This document shows positions 46,546 through 56,751 of a stretch of 64,000 bases of DNA, piece by piece (the first letter of the stretch is position 1; the number at the start of each line of letters is the position of its first letter). The translations under genes and the position numbers were made by a program. The stretch is from Asaia bogorensis. GTDB lineage: Bacteria; Pseudomonadota; Alphaproteobacteria; CACIAM-22H2. The notes below the pieces were generated by a model. The model searched no databases, was not told where the DNA came from, and saw only the letters and a list, made by a program, of their open reading frames with translations. The stretch covers positions 764-64,763 of the forward strand of contig CAMDLT010000021.1 of the NCBI GenBank assembly GCA_945901855.1. The letters run 5' to 3'.

Positions 46546-48750
46546 GTGACCGATCTGGCCCCTGTAATTTCGCCGCCAACGGCACGCAGCTTGCGGACGC
46601 GGGCGGGGCCGCTGGCAATCTTGGCGATTGGGCTTGGCGCGTCGGCATTGGCGGCATGGCTGCTCGTGCTCGACCAGCGTGCCGACGATCAGCACCGCCT
46701 GGTCGCGCAAAGCGAACGGTTTGTCGCTGCCCTTGGCAACCATCTGCAAGTCTATGAAACCGCCATGGCGAGCGGCGCGGCGCTGTTCGCCGCATCGAAG
46801 GACGTTGCGCGCGACGCGTGGGGCACCTATGTGCGCGAAACGAAGGTCCGCGAACGGCTGCCGGGGAACCAGGCGCTTGGCTATGCGGCCTACGTGCCGG
46901 CACCCGAGCGCGCGGCGCATGTGGCGGCGATGCGCGCCGACGTTGGCGACAGCTACGACATTCGCCCGCCGGGGGCGCGCAGCGCCTATGTGCCGATCGT
47001 GTTCAACGAACCCTATGTCGGGCGCAATCGCACGGTGGTGGGGTTCGACATGTACGGCGAAGCCACGCGCCGCGCGGCCATCGACAGCGCCATCGCGTCG
47101 CGCCGGGCGACGATGTCGGGCAAGGTCGTTCTGGCGGGCGAAAGCGGCGACGACCGGCCGCCCGGCTTTGTGATCTACGCGCCGATTTTCAATTCGGCCG
47201 ATGGCCCGCCGATGGGGTTTGTTTTCGGCCCCTTCCGCATGCCTGATTTGATGGCGGGCTTGTCGAAAAGCTGGGACTCGGCGCTGAGCATCCGCATCTA
47301 TGACGGGCGCACGCTGGACGAGGCAGCATTGCTCTTCGCCTCGAAGACCGCCAGCGCCGCCCTTCCGACGCACGCGACCGTCATCGAAACGCTCGGGCGC
47401 GAATGGACGATCGCGGTATCGGCCGGACCCGCCATCGGCAATCGCAGCGACGCGTGGGTTCCGGCGCTGGTGCTGGCGTTGGGCGCGGCCTTGAGCCTGC
47501 TGATCTTCGGTCAGGCGCGCAGCTTGGTTGCGATCCGCGCCCAGGCGGACGATCTGGCGCTGGCCAAAGCGCAGGCCGAAGCCGCCGACCGCGCCAAATC
47601 CGCGTTCGTCGCCACGGTCAGCCACGAAATTCGCACGCCGATGAACGGCATCATGGGCATGGCAGGCTTGCTGCTCGACCGCGATCTGACGGCCGAGCAG
47701 CGCGGTTTTGCGCTCGCCATTCGCGCATCGAGCGAGAGCCTGCTGCAAATCGTCAACGACGTGCTCGATCTTTCCAAACTGACGGCCGACCGGCTGACGC
47801 TCGAGCGCGTCGCGTTCGATCCGCGCCAGACGCTGGGCGACGCGCTCGAGGTCGTGCGCCCGCACGCCGATGCCAAGGGTTTGGCGCTGAAGGTCGCGTT
47901 CGCCGACAACGTGCCCGCGCGCGTCGAAGGCGATCCGGGCCGGTTGCGCCAAGTGGCGCTGAACTTGCTGTCGAACGCGGTCAAATTCACCGAAAGCGGG
48001 AGCGTGCAGCTCGCGCTCGCGCGCGACGAAACGTCGCCGGCCGCGTCGCAAACGGTCGCCTTGACCATCCTTATCAGCGACACCGGCATCGGCATCGCCG
48101 CCGACCAGGTGCCGCACCTGTTCGAAGATTTTGTCCAGGCCGACGCGTCGGTCGCGCGCCGCTTCGGCGGCACGGGCCTGGGGCTTGCGATCGTGCGGCG
48201 ATTGGTCGAACGCATGGGCGGCAGCATCGACGTGCAAAGCGAGCTTGGCCGCGGCAGCGTCTTTTGCGTGCGGCTTGTTTTGCCCGTGGCCGCCGCCATC
48301 GCCGGCCCCGCCGACGACACGGCGTTTGCACGGGGGAGCGCGCGTCTGGCGGCTTGTTCGGCAGCGCTGGGACGACCCTTGCGCGTGCTGTTGGCCGAAG
48401 ACAACCCGACCAATCGCATCGTCGCGATCGAACTGCTGAAGCCGCATCCGGTGCGCGTCGATGCGGTGGCCAACGGCCGCGAAGCGGTCGAAGCCGTGCG
48501 CACGGCACCCTACGATGCCGTGCTGATGGACGTAAACATGCCGGAAATGGATGGGCTGGCCGCCACGCGCGCGATCCGCACGCTGGCGGGCGAGGCCGGG
48601 CGCGTGCCGATCGTGGCGGTCACGGCCGCCGCGTTCGACGGCGATCGCGAGCGCACCAAGATGGCGGGGATGACGGGCTATCTTGCCAAGCCCTATCGCA
48701 TCGCGGCCCTGCTGGAAGCGCTGGCGGCGGCCGTCGAAACGCGCGTCTAA
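46546..48750 (+). CDS. Hybrid sensor histidine kinase with a periplasmic CHASE domain
   Basis: GTG start at 46546. TM segment, a CHASE-like region ([25 protein letters not shown]...), second TM, HisKA ([14 protein letters not shown]), HATPase_c, and a C-terminal REC ([10 protein letters not shown]...DVNMPEMDG). Confidence 0.85.
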   Translation: MTDLAPVISPPTARSLRTRAGPLAILAIGLGASALAAWLLVLDQRADDQHRLVAQSERFVAALGNHLQVYETAMASGAALFAASKDVARDAWGTYVRETKVRERLPGNQALGYAAYVPAPERAAHVAAMRADVGDSYDIRPPGARSAYVPIVFNEPYVGRNRTVVGFDMYGEATRRAAIDSAIASRRATMSGKVVLAGESGDDRPPGFVIYAPIFNSADGPPMGFVFGPFRMPDLMAGLSKSWDSALSIRIYDGRTLDEAALLFASKTASAALPTHATVIETLGREWTIAVSAGPAIGNRSDAWVPALVLALGAALSLLIFGQARSLVAIRAQADDLALAKAQAEAADRAKSAFVATVSHEIRTPMNGIMGMAGLLLDRDLTAEQRGFALAIRASSESLLQIVNDVLDLSKLTADRLTLERVAFDPRQTLGDALEVVRPHADAKGLALKVAFADNVPARVEGDPGRLRQVALNLLSNAVKFTESGSVQLALARDETSPAASQTVALTILISDTGIGIAADQVPHLFEDFVQADASVARRFGGTGLGLAIVRRLVERMGGSIDVQSELGRGSVFCVRLVLPVAAAIAGPADDTAFARGSARLAACSAALGRPLRVLLAEDNPTNRIVAIELLKPHPVRVDAVANGREAVEAVRTAPYDAVLMDVNMPEMDGLAATRAIRTLAGEAGRVPIVAVTAAAFDGDRERTKMAGMTGYLAKPYRIAALLEALAAAVETRV

Positions 48751-50201
48751 GCCGGATCGGGCAACAAGATTTCGCGCGCGTCGAAGGCAGCAAGGCTTGC
48801 GGCCAGCCCGCCCGCCTGTTCCAAAAAGAAGCTGCGCGCCAGACCGCGCGTCAAGCGCGGCAGCGAAAATTTATGGCCGCTGATCGACGTGCATTGGCCG
48901 CCATGGCTGACGCTGGCCGAGAAACTGAAACACTGGATGTTTGCAAGCCACGGCGCGGTGCCGGGCCGTTTTTCGAGAAACTCGAACGCCGGTCCCAAAT
49001 AGGGCGCCGCCCCCAGCCCCGCATGCGTTTGGTCGGCCGGCGGCGCGTAGCGATCGGCCCACAGCGCAATGTCGCCGCACAGATCCGCAAGTTCGGGGCG
49101 CAGCGCCAGATCGCTCGCAAGGCCGGTGGCGCAGATCAGAAAATCGGCGTCGATCGCGCCCGTCGCCGTCCGCAGGCTGAGCGCGCCGTTCCGATGCTCG
49201 ATCTGCTGCCAATCCGCGCCGGGGCGCACGCCAAAATTGGGATAGGCGCTGGCCGCCGCGACGCCGTTTTTGGTCGGCGGCTGGTCCAGCACGCGAAACA
49301 TGTAGCCAAGCTGCCAGCGCAGCGCGTCGGGCAGGTCGTAAAAATGGTCGAGGAATCCTGCAAACTCCGCCCAGCGATGCGGGTTGATTTCGGGCAGCTT
49401 CGGGCGCCGGAAACATAGATCGACCGACGCGGCGCCGTTGTCCAGCGCATAGGCCGCATTGTCGAACGCCGACGCGCCGTGGCCCAAAATCGCGACGCGC
49501 TTGCCCGCGATTTTTTCGCGCGGCAGCGGTCCGTTCGAATGGGCCCACAACGCCGGATCGACGGTGTTTTTGACCACGCCCGGCACGTCCCAAGCGCCGC
49601 TGCCTTCGAAGCCGGTCGCCAGCACCACGCGCCGCGCATGGACGGCGAATTCGCCGTCGGACGTTTGGCACTGCAGCTTGAAGCCGCCCGCGACCGGCTC
49701 GATCCGCGCAACGCTGGTCGCGTAGCGAATTTCGGGCTCGGTCACGTCGGCATACCAGTCGAGATAGGCCGCCCAATGCACGCGTGCGATACGCTCCAGC
49801 CCCTGCCAGGCAGGCGCGCCGAACTGCGCTTCGTACCAGGCGCGGAAGCCAAGCGCGGCGTGGCCGTATTCCAGCCCGACCAAATCTTTGGGGGTGCGCA
49901 ACGTGGCCATGCGCGCATAGCCAAGCCACGGCCCCGCATGGCCGCGCGCGGCGCGCTCCAAACACACCGTGTCCGCGATGCCCAGTCGCTTGAGGCCAAA
50001 TGCGATGCCGAGCGCCGATTGGCCGCCGCCGACGATCGCGACATCGCGGAAGCCCGCGCGCGGCTGCACCCAACCTTGCGCGGGGTAGGCCAGCGCCGCG
50101 ATTTCGGCGCGCGCGCGCGACGCCAAATGCTGCAAGGCGGGGCTTTTCAAATCGACGCTTGGGTATCCGTGCTGTTCGTAGCGCATGAAGTTCCTTGCCA
50201 A
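48747..50201 (-). CDS. FAD/NAD(P)-dependent oxidoreductase, probable flavin monooxygenase (SidA/IucD/PvdA-like dinucleotide motifs)
   Basis: FAD motif [17 protein letters not shown] and a second GxGxSA motif [14 protein letters not shown], 484 aa. Confidence 0.6.
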   Translation of the reverse strand: MARNFMRYEQHGYPSVDLKSPALQHLASRARAEIAALAYPAQGWVQPRAGFRDVAIVGGGQSALGIAFGLKRLGIADTVCLERAARGHAGPWLGYARMATLRTPKDLVGLEYGHAALGFRAWYEAQFGAPAWQGLERIARVHWAAYLDWYADVTEPEIRYATSVARIEPVAGGFKLQCQTSDGEFAVHARRVVLATGFEGSGAWDVPGVVKNTVDPALWAHSNGPLPREKIAGKRVAILGHGASAFDNAAYALDNGAASVDLCFRRPKLPEINPHRWAEFAGFLDHFYDLPDALRWQLGYMFRVLDQPPTKNGVAAASAYPNFGVRPGADWQQIEHRNGALSLRTATGAIDADFLICATGLASDLALRPELADLCGDIALWADRYAPPADQTHAGLGAAPYLGPAFEFLEKRPGTAPWLANIQCFSFSASVSHGGQCTSISGHKFSLPRLTRGLARSFFLEQAGGLAASLAAFDAREILLPDPA

Positions 50202-50279
50202 AACGCGGGCGGCGATTCGATAGTCGCCGCACGCACGGTCCCAATTCTAGCAAAACACGCGCCGAAGGAACCTCCCGCC

Positions 50280-50768
50280 ATGCCCGCAAGCGAAACCGTC
50301 GAGATGGTTCTGCAGCCGATCGCGGCGGCCGCGTTTGCGCCCTACGGGCAAGTGATCGAAGCGGCGGCGGACGGCGTCCCGTTCGGCCCGCAGGATGCGC
50401 AGCTCGATCTGTCGCGCGGCACACCGCGTTTCTACATCATGGCGCTGACGCGGCGCGCGCCCGAAATCCGCGCGATCACGCGCCACGCGCTTGTCACGCA
50501 GTGCCTGGCCAGCGTGGGCGGCGCGCCCTGGGCCTTGCTGGTAGCGCCGCCCGGCGACGTGCCCGACGAAACCAAGCTTGCGGCATTTGCGGTGCCCGGC
50601 CACGTCGCGATCAAGCTGCATGTCGGCACGTGGCATGCGGGCCCGTATTTTGCCGCGCCCAGCTGCGATTTTTTCAATCTGGAACTGGCCGACACCAACG
50701 AGAACGACCATCGCACCCTTGGTTTCGCCCGCACATATCGTCTGGTCGGTCCTGCCGTTACGGCATGA
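50280..50768 (+). CDS. Ureidoglycolate lyase (AllA) family cupin protein
   Basis: ATG at 50280, about 162 aa, with a ureidoglycolate-hydrolase-like fold signature (PFGPQDAQLDLSRGTPRFYIM...). The listed ORF 49479..50768 is extended upstream. Confidence 0.55.
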   Translation: MPASETVEMVLQPIAAAAFAPYGQVIEAAADGVPFGPQDAQLDLSRGTPRFYIMALTRRAPEIRAITRHALVTQCLASVGGAPWALLVAPPGDVPDETKLAAFAVPGHVAIKLHVGTWHAGPYFAAPSCDFFNLELADTNENDHRTLGFARTYRLVGPAVTA

Positions 50769-51507
50769 TCTCGCCGCCATTGGGATGCAGCAACTGGCCG
50801 CAGAAATAGCGGCTTTCGTCGCTCGCCAAAAACACGAAGCTTGGCGTCATGTCGCCGGGCGTGCCCAACCGCCCAAGCGGCAATCCCGCCGCATGCGCTT
50901 TTTTGGCAGCGCTCGACAGCGGATCGAATCCGGTATCGACCAGCCCCGGCGCCACGCCGTTGACGAGGATGCCGTGCGGGGCAAGTTCCTTCGCAAGCGC
51001 GCGCGTGAAGCCGATGAGCCCCGCCTTGGCGGCGCTGTAGGCGGTGTAGTCCGCGCGCCCGATATAGCCAAGCTGCGAGCACACATTGACGATGCGGCCT
51101 TGGCGGCGCGGTTTCATGGCGGCGGCGGCGGCCTTCGAACATAAAAACGCGCCGCGCAGATGCACGGCCATCATGCGCTCCCAATCGGCCAGCGTCGTGC
51201 GCGCGATCGACTGCGATTTTTGGATGCCGGCATTGTTGACCAGAATATCGAGCTTGCCGAAGCGCTTTTTATGCGCGGCAAAAAGCGCTGCGACGCTTTT
51301 TTCGGCCGTCACGTCGACGCGCACCGCGATCGCCTGGCGGCCAAGTGCCACGATGCGTTTGACGGTGGTTTCGGCCGCCGCCGGATTTTCGAACCACGCG
51401 ACGCAAACATCGGCGCCCGCTTGGGCATAGGCAAGGGCAACCGCCTGGCCGATGCCGCTGTTGCCGCCCGTCACGAGCGCCGTTTTGCCTGCAAGTTTCC
51501 CGGCCAT
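50758..51507 (-). CDS. SDR family oxidoreductase
   Basis: ATG at 51507 (MAGKLAGKTALVTGGNSGIGQAVA). NNAG and a catalytic YxxxK (YSAAK). Confidence 0.85.
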   Translation of the reverse strand: MAGKLAGKTALVTGGNSGIGQAVALAYAQAGADVCVAWFENPAAAETTVKRIVALGRQAIAVRVDVTAEKSVAALFAAHKKRFGKLDILVNNAGIQKSQSIARTTLADWERMMAVHLRGAFLCSKAAAAAMKPRRQGRIVNVCSQLGYIGRADYTAYSAAKAGLIGFTRALAKELAPHGILVNGVAPGLVDTGFDPLSSAAKKAHAAGLPLGRLGTPGDMTPSFVFLASDESRYFCGQLLHPNGGEIMP

Positions 51508-51682
51508 CGTCGCTTGTCTTTTCAACCGTCCCCGTTTTGGCGATCGCAAGATCGCCGCTGCGCATTCGACTAACACCATACACTGGCGCTAGCGCGCAAT
51601 ATCGCCCGCCCGGCCCCGACAGAAAAATCTTGCGCGATCGGCGCCGACGCCCGACCTTGGCGCGCCCAAGGAGGGTTTCAAG

Positions 51683-52525
51683 ATGTCCGCTTCCGACCGT
51701 TTCAAGCTGGCCGGCGTCATGGGCTGGCCCATCGCGCATTCGCGCTCGCCCCTGCTCCACAATCATTGGTTCGAGGAACACGGGCTCAAAGGCAGCTACG
51801 TGCCATTGGCGGTCGAGGTGGCGAATCTGGGCGCGGCCTTGCGCGCGCTGCCGACGCTTGGTTTTGCGGGCTGCAATCTGACCATTCCGCACAAGATCGC
51901 GGCACTTGGCCTCGTCGACCGGCTCGATTCGACGGCCGCGCGCATCGGCGCCACCAATACGATTTCGGTCGGCCAAGACGGTTCGCTTGCAGGCACCAAC
52001 ACCGACGCGCGGGGCTTCGTGCAAAGCGTGTTGGCCGACTGCCCCGACTGGCGCGCCGACAGCCGGCCGGCGTTGGTCGCGGGCGCTGGCGGGGGTGCGC
52101 GCGCGATCGTCGACGGTTTGCTCGAACGCGGCTGCCGGGAGATCCGCATCGTCAATCGCAGTGCGGGGCGAGCAAACGATCTGGCGCGCGATTTTGGCAG
52201 CTGCGTCGTCGGACTTGCGTGGGAAGACCGGCACGCGGGGCTCGCCGATATCGGTCTGCTCGTCAACGCGACGAGCCAGGGCATGGCGGGCCAAGCGCCG
52301 CTCGATCTGGCGCTCGACCGGTTGCCGAACGCGGCCATCGTGGCCGACATAGTCTACACGCCGCTCGAAACGCCGTTGCTGGCGGCAGCGCGCGCGCGCG
52401 GCAATCCCACCGTCGACGGGCTTGGCATGCTGATCCACCAAGCGCGGCTGGCGTTCCAAGTGTGGTTCGGCATTCTGCCCGAAGCCAGCGTCGAATTGCG
52501 CGCCAAGATAAAAGCGACTCTTTAG
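51683..52525 (+). CDS. aroE: Shikimate dehydrogenase
   Basis: GVMGWPIAHSRSPLLHN substrate site, NLTIPHK, GAGGGARAI NADP site, 280 aa. Confidence 0.9.
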   Translation: MSASDRFKLAGVMGWPIAHSRSPLLHNHWFEEHGLKGSYVPLAVEVANLGAALRALPTLGFAGCNLTIPHKIAALGLVDRLDSTAARIGATNTISVGQDGSLAGTNTDARGFVQSVLADCPDWRADSRPALVAGAGGGARAIVDGLLERGCREIRIVNRSAGRANDLARDFGSCVVGLAWEDRHAGLADIGLLVNATSQGMAGQAPLDLALDRLPNAAIVADIVYTPLETPLLAAARARGNPTVDGLGMLIHQARLAFQVWFGILPEASVELRAKIKATL

Positions 52526-52549
52526 CGGTGATGCTGTACGGTCTTTTTT

Positions 52550-53356
52550 ATGCGCATCGACCTAGGGTACGAAATAGTCTACGAATGCCCGCAAGCGACG
52601 CCGATGCTGCTGATGCTGCGCGTGCATCCCTCGCACGCCAACGCCCTGCAAAAGCCCGATTTCCTGCAAAGCGACCCGGCCGTCGACGTCGACACGTATC
52701 TCGACGGGTTCGGCAATCTGTGCAGCCGCGTGACGGCGCCCCAAGGCACCTTTCGCCTGTTCGCAAACGCCACCATCGAAATATCGAACGCCGCCGACAT
52801 CTACGCGCCCGAAGCGCCGCAATTGCCCGTGCAGCAATTGCCCGCAGAAGCGCTCGTCTATCTGCTCGGCAGCCGCTATTGCGAGACCGACAAACTTTCC
52901 GAGCAGGCGTGGGCCTTGTTCGGGCACACGCAGCTGGGATGGGCGCGGGTGCAGGCGATTTGCGACTACGTGCATCGCGCGGTGCGTTTCGACTACGCCA
53001 AAGCGCGCGCCACCAAATCGGCCTGCGAGGCGCTGTCGGAAGGCGTCGGCGTGTGCCGCGATTTTGCGCATGTGGCGGTCGCCTTTTGCCGCTGCATGAA
53101 TATTCGGGCCCGCTATTGCACGGGCTACCTTGGCGATATCGGCGTGCCCAGCGATCCGGCACCGATGGATTTCAGCGCCTGGTTCGAGGTCTATTTGGGC
53201 GGCCAATGGTATACGTTCGATGCGCGCCACAACCGGCCGCGCATCGGGCGCGTGCTGATGGGTCGCGGGCGCGACGCGGCCGACGTGCCGCTGTCGAACA
53301 GTTTCGGCCAAACGACGCTTAAGTCCTTCCGCGTGTGGACCGACGAAGCGCGCTAA
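52550..53356 (+). CDS. Transglutaminase-like superfamily protein
   Basis: N-terminal bact-transglutaminase-N-like region and catalytic core GVGVCRDFAHVAVAFCRCMNIRARYCTGY (Cys nucleophile). Confidence 0.8.
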   Translation: MRIDLGYEIVYECPQATPMLLMLRVHPSHANALQKPDFLQSDPAVDVDTYLDGFGNLCSRVTAPQGTFRLFANATIEISNAADIYAPEAPQLPVQQLPAEALVYLLGSRYCETDKLSEQAWALFGHTQLGWARVQAICDYVHRAVRFDYAKARATKSACEALSEGVGVCRDFAHVAVAFCRCMNIRARYCTGYLGDIGVPSDPAPMDFSAWFEVYLGGQWYTFDARHNRPRIGRVLMGRGRDAADVPLSNSFGQTTLKSFRVWTDEAR

Positions 53357-53393
53357 AGGGTTTGGCCCGAAGGCCGTGCAAACGGCACACGCT

Positions 53394-53816
53394 CTAGCGC
53401 GCGATCCAACTGCGTTCGGCAACGGCAACGCGAAGTCCCGGCACGCGCTTGAACTCGACCAGATTCGACGTCACGAAATCGGCGCCGCGCGCGACCGCTT
53501 GGCCTGCCAGCAGGATATCGACGGGCCCAATCGATTGGCCCTTGGCTTCGAGCGCCGCCCGGATGCGCGCAGCGGCAGCGGCATCGTCGGGTTCGAACGC
53601 GAGCGGCGGATTCGATACGACCAAAAACGCATCGAGCAACGCACGCGCTCGGGTCGGGTTCGCGCTCCGCTGGACGCCGACTTCGAGTTCGTATCGCACC
53701 AGAACCGAAAAACCGATCGCGAGGCCCGCATTCCGGGCAGCAGCATCAGAACGCTTTGCGCTGGCGCGCGCGCCCCTGCTTGGCGCGAGCCGGAAAGCCG
53801 CCGCCGATTTCATCAA
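53394..53816 (-). pseudogene. vapC: vapC-like PIN-domain toxin gene, apparently degraded (N-terminal catalytic region displaced into another frame)
   Basis: The C-terminal two-thirds matches VapC (…RIRAALEAKGQSIGPVDILLAGQAVARGADFVTSNLVEFKRVPGLRV). An ATG overlaps the vapB stop at 53746 in a different frame (listed ORF 53471..53746, MLLPGMRASRSVFRFWCDTNS...) and carries the DTN acidic motif. Only about 3 codons separate that motif from the point where the PIN-like frame resumes, so a deletion plus frameshift is likely. Confidence 0.5.
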
Positions 53817-53976
53817 GGCGCTCGAACAGATGTGTGGTATCGCAAACGACCGGCGTCAGCACAAGGCTGGCGCCGCTGCGCCTGACCCGCACTTCGCCCA
53901 CGTCGAAACGGAATTTCTTGGGCAACCGCACCGCCTGGCTGCTGCCGCTCATAGAAACTTTAGCTGTTTCGGCCAC
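53746..53976 (-). CDS. vapB: VapB-type antitoxin (AbrB/SpoVT-like swapped-hairpin)
   Basis: MSGSSQAVRLPKKFRFDVGEVRVRRSGASLVLTPV is the typical VapB N-terminal DNA-binding domain. GTG at 53976, or an ATG at 53952. Confidence 0.75.
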   Translation of the reverse strand: MAETAKVSMSGSSQAVRLPKKFRFDVGEVRVRRSGASLVLTPVVCDTTHLFERLDEIGGGFPARAKQGRARQRKAF

Positions 53977-53996
53977 GGGAGTTCACTCCCAAAAAA

Positions 53997-54015
53997 GATA
54001 TACAAAGAGTATATC
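53997..54015. promoter_or_regulatory. Perfect palindrome GATATAC-AAAGA-GTATATC immediately upstream of vapB (candidate VapB(C) autoregulatory operator)
   Basis: 7-5-7 inverted repeat read from the sequence. It lies 20-40 bp upstream of the vapB start on the minus strand. Confidence 0.5.
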
Positions 54016-54083
54016 TTATTGGTTGGCCCCAGGGTCAATTTGCCGGATCTTCGAAGGAGGCGAGTGTGGAGCTAACTTTTCGC

Positions 54084-54247
54084 TTACGCGGCCGATTTGA
54101 TGGACGGAGAGACGGAAACCTGTGTCGATTTCCGTTTACTCTTTTTGAAAGCAAACCAACCGCTCTTCAAGAACTCGTCCTTGCCCATCGCCATGATCGA
54201 ATCAAGACACGCCCTGTAGAGCTTTGCCGCTAAAATCTTGTCGTCCA
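54084..54247 (-). CDS. Small hypothetical protein (54 aa, basic C-terminus), below the ORF-track length cutoff
   Basis: Manual translation: MDDKILAAKLYRACLDSIMAMGKDEFLKSGWFAFKKSKRKSTQVSVSPSIKSAA. The ATG lies 10 nt after the stop of the 175-aa gene. GC is low, like the islet. The frame and length are from hand translation and need checking. Confidence 0.35.
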
Positions 54248-54257
54248 TATTTCCGCC

Positions 54258-54785
54258 TCAGGGTTCAAGATTTTCCAGGTGAAGCCAAGAGCCACGCACC
54301 GCAACAACGACCTCTGAAAGACTATCCTTAAGTCCCACCGCGATGCCGTGCGCTAGATCTTTTAGCTGTTTATCCTGAAGATAAACCTTAACATGGTTAG
54401 CTCGCATTTGACTCTTGCACAATTCTATGGATCGGTGCAACAGACTCGAAGCCAGCACCGCTAAACTATCAACTGAAACAGTCTCGTACTCATATAGTGG
54501 AGATCCGATAAACCATAATACTCTCAATGTTTTACCGGTTGTTCCTGGCAGTTCTGCGACATTGGCATGAAACATCCCATGGAAGTGCCCTGCTTGATCG
54601 CGAAGTACAAAAATACCGTACTTCTTGGGAGCTGGTACCTCCGAGGCGATTTTATGCGCATGCTCAAGCTGGGGGACTGCAAATGAGTTAGGGTCGTCTC
54701 CATACGCACGTACCCGCCCCTCCCACTCTGCTCGCAGAAGTTTAAAAAGGTCATTATCGACAGTAGCGCGCTCGACTACCAGCAT
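54258..54785 (-). CDS. Hypothetical protein (175 aa) in the low-GC islet, no recognisable family
   Basis: ATG at 54785 with a GGAGAAG RBS, and an AT-rich promoter-like region upstream. Local GC is about 40-50% against about 66% background. No motif of a known family recognised. Confidence 0.6.
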   Translation of the reverse strand: MLVVERATVDNDLFKLLRAEWEGRVRAYGDDPNSFAVPQLEHAHKIASEVPAPKKYGIFVLRDQAGHFHGMFHANVAELPGTTGKTLRVLWFIGSPLYEYETVSVDSLAVLASSLLHRSIELCKSQMRANHVKVYLQDKQLKDLAHGIAVGLKDSLSEVVVAVRGSWLHLENLEP

Positions 54786-54978
54786 AGTTCTTCTCCAAAA
54801 TACGCCTCACAGTTATAGAACTTTATATTGGTTATTTTCCAAAAGAGAAGTCTTTAAGTATGCTGCCTCTTAAAATCGAGAACTGTGGCTGCATTTGATT
54901 CTACGTCAAAGCGCCCTACGTTACCGTTGCAACTTCTGTGTCGGCCTTGAGAGAAAACTAGACTAATTTTTTCAAATC

Positions 54979-55377
54979 CTAGAATAAAACGGAATCGCCG
55001 GTCGCCACATGCCACCATTTGGGGCGCGTGCTGCGGAACGAATGCGCTGTCGGGCGCAGGGCCGCGGCGCCCGGTTTGTCGAAGACGCCGAGCAGCAAGG
55101 CCACAACCGGTTTGTCGTCGATCGCGCCGAGCGAGCTGCCGCAAACCTTGCAAAAAGCGCGGCTCGAAAAAGGCGACGAACGATAGGTGGCCGGTTTGCC
55201 GCCCTTGCCGGTCCACGCGACCGCATCGCGCGGGAATTCGACCCAAGCAAGCGTAAGGCCGCCCGTGTGGCGCTGGCACATGGTGCAAGAACAAGTATGC
55301 GGCTTGGCAGCGGGGCTTTTCGCTTCGAAGCGGATCGCGCCGCACAGGCAACCGCCGCTATACGTTTTTTCCGGCAT
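54979..55377 (-). CDS. GFA family protein (glutathione-dependent formaldehyde-activating / CENP-V zinc domain)
   Basis: GGCLCGAIRF...CSCTMCQRHTGG...CKVCGSSLG Cys ligand pattern, 132 aa. Confidence 0.8.
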   Translation of the reverse strand: MPEKTYSGGCLCGAIRFEAKSPAAKPHTCSCTMCQRHTGGLTLAWVEFPRDAVAWTGKGGKPATYRSSPFSSRAFCKVCGSSLGAIDDKPVVALLLGVFDKPGAAALRPTAHSFRSTRPKWWHVATGDSVLF

Positions 55378-55380
55378 GGA

Positions 55381-56751
55381 TCAGTTGGCGGGATCGTCGA
55401 AGATCGTCGGGGCGGGGCTTAACGTGCGCGCACCGTCGCGCGCGATTTCCAGCACGGCAAATCCGCGCTCGACCGCGCCGTTGGCGCGCAGACGAAAAAC
55501 GCCTTCGATGCCCGCAAACCCGGCGGGCGTGCCCAAGGCTGCCAGCGAATAATCGGCGCCCTCGGGACCTTTGCCGCGCGCCAAAATTGCGGCGAGCGCC
55601 ACCGCCTCGTAGGCAAGCGTCGCGACGCGCGGGGGGGCGCGGCCAAACGCATCGCGGTAGCGGCGCTCGAAATCCTGCCGGGCGGCGGGCGGCGGGGCCG
55701 CAAACCATGCCCCTTGCAGCGAGGATTCGCGCATCAAGCGCGCGTCTTCCCACAGCGGAATGCCCAGATACTTGATGCGGACCGGATCGATTTCGTGGCC
55801 GTGCAGCTGGGCCACGAGCTGCACCAGACGGTCGCCGAAATCGGGCAGCAGCACGGCTTCGAAATCGAGTTCGGGCGGCGGCGGCGCCACTTCGCCGCGC
55901 GCCAAACGCGGCGGCGGTCCAGCCAGCTGGCCCAAGCGGCGCACGGCAGGCGCGTAGTCGAGGGCGGACGGCTCGTAGCGTTCGACGCGCACGAGCGTGC
56001 CGCCATGCGCCGCAAGGCTGGCGCGCAGCGCCTGTTCGGCCGCCTGGCCAAGCCCGTTATTGGGCACGAGGGCGGCGAAGCGCTCCAGCCCCCGGTCGCG
56101 CGCGAACTCGATGACCCGCGCAACCGCCGCTTGCGGCGCGAGCCCCAGCGCAAAAATGCCAGGGGCTTCGATCGTGCGGTCGTTGGATAGGCTCAAGACC
56201 GGCACGCCGGCCGCGCGCATGGCAGGCGCGATCGCCTGCGCTTCGCCGCCGAGCAGCGGGCCCACCACAAGCGCGGCTTGTTGTTCGAGCGCCCATTCGG
56301 CGGCAAGTGCTGCCCCTTGGGGCGTTCCGCCGGTGTCGCGGACCAGCAGCACAAAATCGTCGTCGGCAACGTCGAACACCGCTTGCGTCGCCGCATCGAG
56401 CAACGCCTGGCCGACGGCCGCATTGGCGCCCGACAGCGGCAGCAACAGCGCCACGCGCGGCATCATTCGCACGTCGCTCTGCGACGCTGGCACAGGTGCG
56501 GCTGGAATCGCATCGACGCGCAACGCCGGTTGCGGCGCCGCGCTGGCGGGCACGTCGGCTGGCAGCGGCTCGGCGCGAATCGGCGGGCCGGAGGCGAGGG
56601 TCGGTGCCGCCGGGGGCGGCACGATACGCGGCTGAGCAGGCTGGCTCTCGCGGAAAAGGCCCGTTACGCTCTCGCGCAAATTTCCGCCCGACTGGCAGGC
56701 CGCCAGCACGGGCATCAGCAGCGCAAGAACGGGCACAAAAATGGGACGCAA
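55381..56751 (-). CDS. Periplasmic-binding-fold lipoprotein (LpoA/YraM-like penicillin-binding-protein activator candidate; Peripla_BP_6 fold)
   Basis: Lipoprotein signal MRPIFVPVLALLMPVLAAC|Q, a Pro/Ala-rich linker, then an LivJ-like binding fold. Divergent from rsmI as in the E. coli yraL/yraM arrangement. Confidence 0.55.
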   Translation of the reverse strand: MRPIFVPVLALLMPVLAACQSGGNLRESVTGLFRESQPAQPRIVPPPAAPTLASGPPIRAEPLPADVPASAAPQPALRVDAIPAAPVPASQSDVRMMPRVALLLPLSGANAAVGQALLDAATQAVFDVADDDFVLLVRDTGGTPQGAALAAEWALEQQAALVVGPLLGGEAQAIAPAMRAAGVPVLSLSNDRTIEAPGIFALGLAPQAAVARVIEFARDRGLERFAALVPNNGLGQAAEQALRASLAAHGGTLVRVERYEPSALDYAPAVRRLGQLAGPPPRLARGEVAPPPPELDFEAVLLPDFGDRLVQLVAQLHGHEIDPVRIKYLGIPLWEDARLMRESSLQGAWFAAPPPAARQDFERRYRDAFGRAPPRVATLAYEAVALAAILARGKGPEGADYSLAALGTPAGFAGIEGVFRLRANGAVERGFAVLEIARDGARTLSPAPTIFDDPAN

